Source of the DNA: Octopus bimaculoides
Taxonomy: Eukaryota
Direction of reading: 5' to 3'
DNA length: 44,041 bases
Assembly: GCF_001194135.2 (NCBI RefSeq)
Contig: NC_068981.1
Location: 102,998,450 to 103,042,490, forward strand
Of this stretch, positions 11,286-22,605 are shown piece by piece (position 1 is the first letter of the stretch; every line of letters begins with the position of its first letter). Both the position numbers and the translations under genes were made by a program. The notes under the pieces were generated by a model, which saw nothing but the letters and a program-made list of their open reading frames with translations, searched no databases and was not told where the DNA came from.

Positions 11286-12957
11286 TACAACTAACACCTT
11301 TGGCGGGACCAACGTAGATGCTTGAAATATTGCACTGATATTGAACCCGCTTAATAGTTTCCAAAGTATCAAAACAATACTTCAGGCAGTATGTCATTTT
11401 GACATTCAGTTTATTTGTTTATTTGTTGGTTGTATTTTTTTGAAGGAGGGTGATGGATGGTAGGCGAAGGACATCGTTTTTAATGACAGCGTGTATGCAT
11501 ATTATTTTATTGAAAAATTCTTCAGACTCTTCGCTAGGGTGCGGAAAGCAGACACCTGAAAAAGTGGCAAGTGTGCAGATGAATGAAAAGTAAATTACAG
11601 AATTGTTGGACGAGATGTTCAACAAAAAGTAATTTGTTATAGCGTATGCAGGTGCACGAAAAGGAAGGAAGTTAGGGGAAGTGATAGAGAAAGGGAACAT
11701 ATATGTGGATGTGGATGTGTATATGTGCGTATGTTCGTGTATATACATGCATATATATATATATATATATANNNNNNNNNNNNNNNNNNNNNNNNNNNNN
11801 NNNNNNNNNNNNNNNNNNNNNNNNNNNNNNNNNNNNNNNNNNNNNNNNNNNNNNNNNNNNNNNNNNNNNNNNNNNNNNNNNNNNNNNNNNNNNNNNNNNN
11901 NNNNNNNNNNNNNNNNNNNNNNNNNNNNNNNNNNNNNNNNNNNNNNNNNNNNNNNNNNNNNNNNNNNNNNNNNNNNNNNNNNNNNNNNNNNNNNNNNNNN
12001 NNNNNNNNNNNNNNNNNNNNNNNNNNNNNNNNNNNNNNNNNNNNNNNNNNNNNNNNNNNNNNNNNNNNNNNNNNNNNNNNNNNNNNNNNNNNNNNNNNNN
12101 NNNNNNNNNNNNNNNNNNNNNNNNNNNNNNNNNNNNNNNNNNNNNNNNNNNNNNNNNNNNNNNNNNNNNNNNNNNNNNNNNNNNNNNNNNNNNNNNNNNN
12201 NNNNNNNNNNNNNNNNNNNNNNNNNNNNNNNNNNNNNNNNNNNNNNNNNNNNNNNNNNNNNNNNNNNNNNNNNNNNNNNNNNNNNNNNNNNNNNNNNNNN
12301 NNNNNNNNNNNNNNNNNNNNNNNNNNNNNNNNNNNNNNNNNNNNNNNNNNNNNNNNNNNNNNNNNNNNNNNNNNNNNNNNNNNNNNNNNNNNNNNNNNNN
12401 NNNACAGAAGCGTGTGTGCAGGTGAATATGTGAATACTTAATTATTCGTGTGCGTTGATTGATGTATGTGCACATTTATGGGCATATGTGGGCGCAAATA
12501 TGCGTGTATGTATGTGTGCAATTGCGTGCATATACTTCCGTGTATGAGACACATTTGCATGTGTATGTGTATGTGTGTATGTATGTATGTATGTTTGCAT
12601 GTATGTATGGAGTGTGTTTGTATGTGTGCGTGTGTTGGACGGGATTTTTTCTTGTGTAAGCTCTATACGCATGCGTACTGAATAGCAATTATAGAGTATT
12701 AAAAGCACTTTCTATATGATAATCTGTGTTACTAATGCTGCGGAGGTATCTGATTTGAATTTCTATTGCTTCTCAGCATGATTTGTCATTTGTTTACTGC
12801 TTTCACGTGACCCTTTTTTTATTCTTCAAACATCATAACGCACACATCGTTTCTACATACGGTAATGGCTAGTACGGATCTCCTGTACCGCGAATTGAGG
12901 AAGGAAACAGCAGATGACAGATATTTATATGTATACATACATTCACGCACGCACACA

Positions 12958-12999
<42 letters not shown>

Positions 13000-13379
13000 C
13001 ACATAGATATATATATGCATATATATGTATACTCGTATCTATAATAATATGTATATGTACTTATGGTGGTGTTATTGTTTAGAATTTTTATGTTTTTCAT
13101 AATAACCGACCATGGAACCCTAGTTACTACCCCACTAAAACCAACATACACCCAAAGATGATTTTTATAGTCCCAACAGAGACTATATAAGGGCATGACT
13201 AACTCTAATGCATTGCAGTCCAACTATGGTTTAGCTGGCTGAAACTTCGAAGTCACTGACAAAGCTTTCTTGCATAAGAATAACAAATTTGTAGTCTACA
13301 AAAGTATAGAGTAACCCTTCAGATTAATGTAAAGTTGTTTTTATTATATTGTAACTGTACATAAAAACAAATTTCTATA

Positions 13380-13465
13380 TAATAATTATAATAATAATAA
13401 TAATAATAGTAATAATAATAATGATGATGATGATGATGCTGATGATGATAATGATGATGATGATG

Positions 13466-13546
<81 letters not shown>

Positions 13547-13581
13547 GTAATAATAATAATGATAATAATAATAATAATAAT
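13380..13581. repeat. Long (AAT)n/(GAT)n trinucleotide array
   Basis: Directly visible; forms the (ATT)n tail of the minus-strand SINE at 13582-13750. Confidence 0.95.
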
Positions 13582-13750
13582 CCTTTCTAATATAGGTACA
13601 ATGCCTGAAGTTTGGGGGAGGGGAATAGTCAATTACATCGACCCCAGTATGTAACTGGTACTTAGTTTATCGACCTCGAAAGGTAAATCGATCTTGGCGG
13701 AATTTGAACTCAGAACATGTAGACGGATGAAATGCCGCTAAGCATTTCGC
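13582..13750 (-). mobile_element. tRNA-derived SINE, family A, 5'-truncated
   Basis: Plus strand shows CGACCCCAGT..ACTGGTACTTAGTTTATCGACC..GGCGGAATTTGAACTCAGAAC..AATGCCGCTAAGCATTTCGC, the reverse complement of family A. Confidence 0.88.
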
Positions 13751-13751
13751 A

Positions 13752-13816
<65 letters not shown>

Positions 13817-13818
<2 letters not shown>

Positions 13819-15320
13819 TGCAGTACACACCACCCACCAGCCCAAAGGTGCAACAAATGATGCAATAGAAAGTTGCTTGAAACTATCAGATGTCGAAAAA
13901 TAATAGTGGTGATGACGTTGGTGACAAACGTTACCTTACCTCAGTTTATGACAGACAGGAGTTTCTGAAGAAACTCTGAGTGTAGCAGCGAAAATGAAGC
14001 TGGACCTTTTAGAGGAGGCCTCTAAAAGTTCAGCAGTGGTTCAGTAAAGATGCAGACTGAGCACAGAATAATAGAGTAAGGAGGAGGAATTGGACCAGCG
14101 AAGAAAACAGGATAGTGATGCAGTGCTACTTAGAAAGTGAACCTAAAAGAAGAGGCTATAGAAAACGAATGTTTACACTTTGGGCAGAGAAGAGTATATT
14201 TAAAGCGGCTGAGAAGAGATTAGTTGATCAAACTAATGCTATTAGGAGAAGAAAGTGGATGACATAATTTGAGGTAGAAGAGATCACAAGAGAACTGGAA
14301 AAGAAAGACAAACAGTAGGAAAGACAAACAACAACATAAGAGATACAGATCAAACCAAAGAAGAACCTAAAGGGAAAAAAACAATAATAGCGCTACCAAT
14401 AAGGAAGGGACAATTGGCACCAACTACTTAAGTGTTTTAAGTGAGGAAGATCAGAAGATTTTAGATAAGTTGCAGGAAGTAATGACGAAAGAAGTAGGAA
14501 AAAGACTGCCAGCATTAAAAGGCACCAACAGAAGGAAGTTGCTAGAAAAGACTAGGAAAGTAGATTCTGTGATCATTAGGATAAGTACTAAAAATATAAG
14601 AGACACTAACTTATTCTTCTATGCAAGAGAGGCAGTAGTCACTAGAAGATTAGATATCTTACAGAGAAAGATTAAAAAAGAGCAAATATGGAAAAGGAGA
14701 CTACAAAATAAAGTGAAGACTTTGTGACAAGTTCTGGGTAGAATAGAAGCCTAGAAACTGAATAAGTTAGGAAGCACAAGATACAGATCTTGTCTCGAGA
14801 AAAGATACTTAGTCAAAGAGAAAGGATTTGGGACAGTAATAGAAGAGTTGAAACAGCGTATCATAGCAGTTGCAGGCAAGCTCTACAGATATCAAGAAAG
14901 ATTGGATCAGTATCAACACGAGAGATTATTTAAGACAGAGCAAAAAAGATTTTATAATCAAATAAATAGTGGAGAACGAAGTAATGAAGATGAGAAACCT
15001 AATGCAGAGGAAGCTAGAAAGTTCTGGAGTAATATTTGAGATAAGCCAGTCAATCATAATAGAGATGCAGTATGGGTAAAGAAAGTGAGGAAAAAGATAG
15101 TGAGTGAGAAGCAGCCAGTTCTAAGACTAACTAGTGCATTAATGAATAAAGTGTTAGGAAAAATACCGAATTGGAAGGGCCCAGGACCAGATTTAGTTCA
15201 AGGGTACTGGCTAAAAAAATTTAGTAGTTTACATGGGAGCCTGGGGAACGACTTCAGGATTGCCTTAATGGAGGAATAATACCGGATTGGATGACTAGAA
15301 GGCGGACGTTAATGCATAAA
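13817..15320 (+). mobile_element. 5' half of an R4/Dong-clade non-LTR retrotransposon (pseudogenised; ends at the start of RT)
   Basis: Myb-like RRNWTSEENRIVMQCY..RGYRKRM..EKRLVDQTNAIRR, then IWKRRLQNK, LKQRIIAVAGKLYRY, LFKTEQKRFY, KIPNWKGPGPDLVQGYWLKKFSSLH and PDWMT. Begins directly after (AAT)n at about 13752-13816. Confidence 0.88.
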
Positions 15321-16212
15321 GCACATTTTAGAAGACCCCCGAAATTAAACCTTTATAATTACTAAATTCATTAATTAGCAAGAAATTTTGTGAAATATTT
15401 CTGAACATTTATTTTAGATTGAGAATATTGTTGACATTTTCAGGTATAGCAGCATCAGTAAAAAGAACTTTTATCAACTTCAAGCATACCAAAAACTGTT
15501 AAAGGTCTACCATGCCTTAAACCTGAATTGTTGATTTAGTATGGGTGAGTATCGAAATAAGTATTGCCATTGATAGTATTATGAAAAATATTTCTCATAA
15601 AAACAGCCAGTAAATCTAATTTCATTAACCTGATTAGATTTGCTGTTGCATTGTTATCTTCTACTTTAAGTGTGTAGGGAATAAAGCATTTACATATATT
15701 TTCCACTGGTCATATTCAGATAATCTGTGATTAGCCATCATGTTCTTATCATGCTTTCATATTCATGCACCAATAGCCAACTTACATAATATTTTATTTT
15801 AATCATACTTTTTTAGAAAGAAGGAAAACCTACAAGTTCAAAATTTCCATGTTGTACCATTATATTACTTGAAAACACTTAATCGAAGAGTTAAGGTTCA
15901 GATAATTTAAAAACCCTTCTTGTTGCTTCAATTAGGCAAAAAATCATCCATAGTAATAAAGGTGTGCCCTAATTGTAAGCTGTGTTCTAACAGTCTCACA
16001 GGAGTGGAAAGTGGAATAGAAATGATGACAGATAGTATAGTATATGAAAGATTGTGAAAGTCAGTTTAAGTTGGTGTGTGGACGAATAACAATGCAGTGT
16101 GCATATGCATATTAGCATTTGCATTCCAACAAACGTGCATAAAATCGCTCTAATCAATCAGAGTTGACCTGGTGCTAAGCCACAGTAACAAAAAACAACA
16201 GAAATAACTCAC

Positions 16213-16270
16213 CATAGTTTCATTGATAACGTGTTGATATCTCGACCAGTAGATTCTTTGGTTTCAATAT
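16213..16270 (-). CDS. Weak candidate internal exon (IETKESTGRDINTLSMKL)
   Basis: Acceptor tttttgcacacatag and donor G|GTGAGT; one open frame. Phase-compatible with 16669-16737. Confidence 0.25.
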
Positions 16271-16668
16271 CTATGTGTGCAAAAACATGACTATGTATAC
16301 ATTTTTCTCAATGATTAAAAATGGCCGTATTCTTATTTTTCTGTGATTGTCCTCCACGTCAATTTTATCCTCGTCTTGCCACTACCACAAATGTAAATTT
16401 GGTTATAAACCGTTTAGTTTTACATAATCTCTGGGGTTTCTGGTTCATCCGGTCCATTGAAATCATTATAAGATTTTGTGATGTTAAAACCATCTGTCAT
16501 GAAAGTGGCCACCAGGAAGCACATAAAAGAGACAAAACTATATTATCTACAGCAAGAAGAGGATTTATTGAAGAAGAAATACGTTTAAATGTCTTTTCTT
16601 CTTTAAAAACTTTCGTTGTGCAATAGTTTTGGGTATATTAAGTGCATGCGATAAACTTCTACTCTTAC

Positions 16669-16737
16669 CTCCTTTTTGATTTAATGCAATATCATTCAAT
16701 TTTCCAATAATCTGGAACGATCTTTCTTTTTTGAACT
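16669..16737 (-). CDS. Weak candidate exon (FKKERSFQIIGKLNDIALNQKG)
   Basis: Donor GAG|GTAAGA and one open frame, but a poor acceptor. Confidence 0.2.
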
Positions 16738-17634
16738 CTAACATTTAAACATAGATTGTAAGTTCTTTTTACAGAACATGCTTATGATCGGGAAATTGCG
16801 ACTTAACGTTCTTTAAATTCTTTTGAAACAGCAGTTATTGCGCTGTTCATCAATTTTTCATTTTTTAAATCGTTGCAACAAATACTTTATAACTGCAGTT
16901 TAAATATCACTTATCGATTCGGATTTTGACTTCCGTTTTCTTAAATTTCTACCCATCATTATCTATTAAAATATATAAACATAGCAGGTGCCGTGTTGAA
17001 AATTTTAACCTCTACATAAATTTGAACAATTAGTTTCAAAGCACTTCAGGTTATTAAAAGTGAATTATTAATTAAGTTCAAACGTAACATCACAATATGG
17101 TTGCTAGGAAATACAAACATAACCTTTAATAAGTATCGCAATTAAGAACAATATATGCAAATATAATAACTATTATGAGACAGAGGGAATAGAATAAATG
17201 TTAGCGAGAAGAAACCAGAAGCTGAAATTAGAGGAGATAAGGACATGAAAAGGAGAATACTCTAATAAGTGGTGATAAATGAGCGAAAATCAAATATGTT
17301 TATGTCACGATGTGCGACGATACCTTGTTTATGACAGCCATTAGCATTGTTGTTGTTTAGCAATAAATCAGTTGTGATCAAGCAGACTTATAAACAAAGG
17401 CTTTTCATCCACGATTTTCAGATCATTTTGAGCATCTTGGATTCCATTGATCAATGTGTCCTTTCTTTAAGATGATAGAGTATGTGAACTGAAGGAGACT
17501 TGATTGCATTTCTAGCGGATCATGTAGCCTTGTCGAGGGATCTTTGTTAACTCATTGATATCTTATTACCGAATAATTAAGTACTTTTTACACGTTATTG
17601 AATTCCCTGCTTCATCTATATCAACTCATTTTTA

Positions 17635-17655
17635 TATACATATGTATATACGTAT

Positions 17656-17701
<46 letters not shown>

Positions 17702-17713
17702 GTGTGTATATAC

Positions 17714-17783
<70 letters not shown>

Positions 17784-17889
17784 GTATATACATATATACA
17801 TACATATATATATATATATACATATATATATACATATATACATGTATGTATACATATATATATATATACATCTATACACACACATACAT

Positions 17890-17934
<45 letters not shown>

Positions 17935-17950
17935 AGAAAGAGAGAGAGAG
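17635..17950. repeat. (CA)n/(TA)n/(GA)n compound microsatellite
   Basis: Directly visible. Confidence 0.95.
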
Positions 17951-18631
17951 AGTCATAGTGAGTCGACAAACAGCTTGATATATCACTGACGGTTGTTTTG
18001 TTAGTCTGTAGTATTGAGTTCGATATTGGTCAAGAGTAAAACAAGCAAAAGATTTCACCAGTCAGCAAGTGAAACATCTTATTCATCTGCATAGCATTAC
18101 AAGAGGAACATATATTGTATCAGTTATGGAAGGTTTCTCTTGAAGCAAGTGACGAACTCTGGCATCTGTGGTCAAACATTCTTCTTACATGATATTTAGT
18201 CAAGATTGCTTTGTTGATTGCCTTTCCTTTGCTTAATCCAAAAGCATTTCTTTATCAAATAGAACTAGAACTTTGTCAATTAGAACTGTTCCAGCCATAA
18301 CAATTCCCGTTTTGCTCAGCGTGTTCTTTTTATTTAAGACGGCTTTGCATGATTTGACAAATACTATTTGATTACAGTTCCTCGCAAATTCATTCCCCAC
18401 GTTGACTTATCTAGTCGTATGCTTATATTATAGGATTGCTGTTAAGACAGATAATGTAATATTTGCACCCAAAGAGCTAACTATATCCGGACATTCTTCC
18501 GGTTGTGACAAAGGTAACCCAGTAGTAACCTTCGCCGCAGATAATATATTAGACTATAAATACGACACGTTGATATAAGGACAATAGCTTAATGGTAGGG
18601 CGTTGAGTTGAGTGAAAGAATCCTTGTATAT

Positions 18632-18790
18632 TGTTGTGTCGACGCCCCCAAGTGAAGAAGTAGGATCATCCAAGACATATAGAGGTAGTCTGGCCGCGGT
18701 AGGAGTTGAGTAGCTCTTGAGTAGCCGTCGAGTAGCGGTTGAGTAGCGATCATCCGAAGGTGCTAGATAGCAGTAGCTTGAGACATAACA
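18632..18790. mobile_element. Second solo-LTR-like element (159 bp) with TSD TATAT/TATAC
   Basis: Same TGTTGTGTCGAC...GAGACATAACA termini and body as 9643-9804. Flanks 18627-18631 and 18791-18795 match at 4 of 5 bases. Confidence 0.85.
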
Positions 18791-18824
18791 TATACGTTTG
18801 GTGCATTATTGACACTGAAATTAT

Positions 18825-19030
18825 TTAGGAGAATTTGGGCCTAGAGAATCTAGCGATGACCGGAAAGGTTGAAGGGAAAAGTAGAGACAGATATGGATAT
18901 CAAGCTTGAAAAACTGGTTGGTAGAAAGAAGCATTAAACATCAGGATGTGGAACTGTTACAGAAAATAAGGAATAAAGAATTGTGGAATGACATGATAGC
19001 ATATATCCTATATTTTTGGGAAGACATCTA
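18825..19030 (+). mobile_element. 3' fragment of an RTE (BovB-like) LINE
   Basis: LGLENLAMTGKVEGKSR, then in a shifted frame LKNWLVERSIKHQDVELLQKIRNKELWNDMIAYIL, typical of the RTE C-terminus. Confidence 0.8.
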
Positions 19031-19197
19031 AAATAGAAGAAATTCACCGAAATAGCTTAGCATCGGATTAAAAGAATCGGAATATACAAATTTATCCTTG
19101 GGCTCCCAAGTTTCGCTCCAACTGGATTCGACCTTGTTTTGTCAACAAATGTCTAGATAATAACACCCACATAGATATATACGTACATAAAAATACA

Positions 19198-19242
<45 letters not shown>

Positions 19243-19379
19243 TCTCTCTCCCTCACTCTCTCTCTCACTCTCTATCCCTCACTATCTCTCCCTCACTCTC
19301 TCTCCCTCACTCTCTCTCGCACACATACTCACACACACACACATACACACACACACACACACACACAGATACACATACT

Positions 19380-19697
19380 GGCACTCCGTCGGTTACCACC
19401 ACAAGGGTTCCAGTTAAACCGATCAGCGGAACAACTTGCTCATGTATTTAACGTGTAAGTGGCAGAGCACTCCACAGGCTTGCGCATCCTTGGCGTAGTT
19501 CTCAGAAACATTCAGTGTGAAATAGAATGTGTTCAAAGCTTGACCTTTGAAATACAGTACTACCCATTTTTTGCCAGCTAAGTGAACTGGAGCAATGTGA
19601 AATAAAGTGTCTTGCTCAAGGACTCAACAGGCCCCTATGCATCGAACTTGCGACTAACGATCTCGAACTTAATACCCTAACCACGTAGGTACGCTCT
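19380..19697 (-). mobile_element. tRNA-derived SINE, family D (CORE-like centre; 3' tail shared with family C)
   Basis: Minus strand has a head with GTGGTTAGGG and AGTTCGATGC, a central GTCCTTGAGCAAGACACTTTATTTCAC..CTCCAGTTCACTTAGCTGGCAAAAATGGG, and a tail GAGAACTACG..GTGGAGTGCTC..CCGACGGAGTGCC. Confidence 0.8.
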
Positions 19698-19767
19698 TTC
19701 ACACACACACAGACACCATCACATGCATACGAAATGCAAATAAGCAATTTTATACTCTACAGCAGCG

Positions 19768-19870
19768 AAATGGCAGAGTAGAAAGAACGTCGAGTAGGGT
19801 GCCTTGTATTATTCGTACCGGCGATCTTCGTTCAAATCCTCATTTGGCCAATTTTGCTTTTCATCAATTG
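19768..19870 (+). mobile_element. Old degenerate family-A-like SINE fragment
   Basis: A-box-like TGGCAGAGTAG, B-box-like CGTTCAAATCC and TTTTGCTTTTCATC. Confidence 0.5.
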
Positions 19871-19901
19871 AATAATCTTACTGCACAGAGAACTTGGCTC
19901 G

Positions 19902-19950
<49 letters not shown>

Positions 19951-20251
19951 CCTCTGTCTGTCTGTATGTCTCTTTTTCTCTCTCACTCACACACACATAC
20001 ACGCTGAGACCGTGTGGAAGTATAACAATATATAGATAGATACACGCATACACATACAATACATGCGCACGCACATATATATATACATATAAATACGATC
20101 ATAAATATACGTGTGTCTGTATTGTGTGTGTGAATGTGTGGGTGTAAATCAAGTACGAATCAAGTGTCGGGTGTCCCTGTCCACCTCTAGACATCTGACA
20201 TATGATTAGTACATAAATTCTCCTCTCTCTCTCTCTCTCTCTCTCTCCCTA

Positions 20252-20306
<55 letters not shown>

Positions 20307-20579
20307 CTCTCGGAGGGTTGGCTACGCTGTGAGAGGATCATGGCGGACAATTTCCAGCGATTACTATGTGAGAAAGGGCAGAAGATTACACAGACATACC
20401 ATGAATTTCTAGAGGGTTCGAAAGTACTAGACACGACGACGACGACGACGACAACGATGACGATGATGATGATGATGATGATGATATATAGCCATGCATA
20501 CAACCAGTATATCAAGCGATATATTAAACGAGCAATTTGGAAGAAGCAAGGAGCAAGTGCCTCTATATAGACACTCGAT

Positions 20580-20760
20580 CTGCTGGAAACAGCAGCAACC
20601 AAATCTCCTAATTACTCGCCTGGAAAGGAACATTGGACAATGTGGTCCCGCATAAAACTTATAAATGAATAAAAGTGGGAAACTTGGCCAGGGCTTGAAT
20701 ATCTTTTATCATAGGTTCTGTCATTGTCTGCCTGACACCAAACAACAGCAACAGCTACAA
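20580..20760 (+). repeat. Degenerate copy of old SINE-like family E with (CAA)n-type tail
   Basis: GCTGGAAACAGCAGCAACCAAATCTCC..ACATTGGACAATGTGGTCC..TTTTATCATAGG..AAACAACAGCAACAG parallels 39770-39950. Confidence 0.55.
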
Positions 20761-20997
20761 GAACCAGCGATGTCACCTTGAACGTTGTCCTTCGAAAGTC
20801 AATAGATCGTTGCCGCTTCTTCAAATCGCATCCTTCCATCATAACGTGTGTTGAGGACGCATTAGCTAAAGTAATCGTAGACACTCCACAAAACACTACG
20901 TCTATCTGGGGAAAAAATACAGATACCAACCTACCAAACAATAAATATGATAGTCACAGCTGGAACGCCTTTTATTCTAGATCTACTCAACCGGGGT

Positions 20998-21307
20998 GGA
21001 GGCGCAATGGCCCAGTGGTTCGCGCAGCGAACTTTCAGTCGTAGGATCGCGGTTTCGATTCCCAGACCGGGCGTTGTGAGTGTTTATTGAGCGAAAACAC
21101 CTAAAGCTCCACGAGGCTCCGGCAGGGGATGGTGGCAAACCCTGCTACACTCTTCCACCACAACTTTCTCTCACTCTTACTTCCTGTTTCTGTTGCGCCT
21201 GTAATTCAAAGGGCCAGCCTTGTCACACTGTGTCACGCTGAATATCCCCGAGAACTACGTTAAGGGTACACGTGTCTGTGGAGTGCTCAGCCACTTGCAC
21301 GTTAATT
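20998..21307 (+). mobile_element. tRNA-derived SINE, family C (3' end runs into a gap)
   Basis: A box TGGCCCAGTGGTT and B box GGTTTCGATTCCC; the tail aligns with family D. Confidence 0.88.
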
Positions 21308-22103
21308 NNNNNNNNNNNNNNNNNNNNNNNNNNNNNNNNNNNNNNNNNNNNNNNNNNNNNNNNNNNNNNNNNNNNNNNNNNNNNNNNNNNNNNNNNNNNN
21401 NNNNNNNNNNNNNNNNNNNNNNNNNNNNNNNNNNNNNNNNNNNNNNNNNNNNNNNNNNNNNNNNNNNNNNNNNNNNNNNNNNNNNNNNNNNNNNNNNNNN
21501 NNNNNNNNNNNNNNNNNNNNNNNNNNNNNNNNNNNNNNNNNNNNNNNNNNNNNNNNNNNNNNNNNNNNNNNNNNNNNNNNNNNNNNNNNNNNNNNNNNNN
21601 NNNNNNNNNNNNNNNNNNNNNNNNNNNNNNNNNNNNNNNNNNNNNNNNNNNNNNNNNNNNNNNNNNNNNNNNNNNNNNNNNNNNNNNNNNNNNNNNNNNN
21701 NNNNNNNNNNNNNNNNNNNNNNNNNNNNNNNNNNNNNNNNNNNNNNNNNNNNNNNNNNNNNNNNNNNNNNNNNNNNNNNNNNNNNNNNNNNNNNNNNNNN
21801 NNNNNNNNNNNNNNNNNNNNNNNNNNNNNNNNNNNNNNNNNNNNNNNNNNNNNNNNNNNNNNNNNNNNNNNNNNNNNNNNNNNNNNNNNNNNNNNNNNNN
21901 NNNNNNNNNNNNNNNNNNNNNNNNNNNNNNNNNNNNNNNNNNNNNNNNNNNNNNNNNNNNNNNNNNNNNNNNNNNNNNNNNNNNNNNNNNNNNNNNNNNN
22001 NNNNNNNNNNNNNNNNNNNNNNNNNNNNNNNNNNNNNNNNNNNNNNNNNNNNNNNNNNNNNNNNNNNNNNNNNNNNNNNNNNNNNNNNNNNNNNNNNNNN
22101 NNN

Positions 22104-22140
<37 letters not shown>

Positions 22141-22605
22141 CGAGCTTGTATGAATTTATATGCGTATATGTATACGTCTACATAAATATTTTGTAGGTGT
22201 TTATATATGTGTGTGTGTGTGTGTGTGTCTTTGTGCCTGTGTTTTCACCCTGCTGGAAGCCATATTTAAGTACATATATACCATATTAACATTTTAACTA
22301 TGAGGCTTGAGATGCACCAACGGTACACACACTTGCGCGCGCACTCACACAAGTATTACGATACATCTGAACACAAACAAATATCTACATCACTCTTAAA
22401 CAAAGATCGATATATGGATTGTCTGACAATAAACATTCAATGATAATTGTTTATTCAATCAAGAAAATTATATTCGTTACATTTTGTCTGATTGTTTGTG
22501 GAAACAAGTGAAATTCATCTTAAAATTCACGTGATCAGAAGATAATCGATGGCAACATTGGTAAAGTGACAGAAAAAAATGTCGTGCAATGTAATGCAGT
22601 AATTT

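Noticed and set aside
15444-15544. Plus-strand segment with strong acceptor and donor
   Set aside because: All three frames contain stops; at most a non-coding exon, which cannot be supported from sequence alone.
9643-18790. One 9-kb LTR retrotransposon bounded by the two 160-bp direct repeats
   Set aside because: Each repeat has its own TSD, and no gag, pol, PBS or PPT is seen between them.
20612-20941. 109-aa minus ORF with a signal-peptide-like stretch and a KR site (neuropeptide-like)
   Set aside because: It overlaps a degenerate family E repeat on the plus strand (20580-20760, and again near 20948-20990) and has no convincing splice context.
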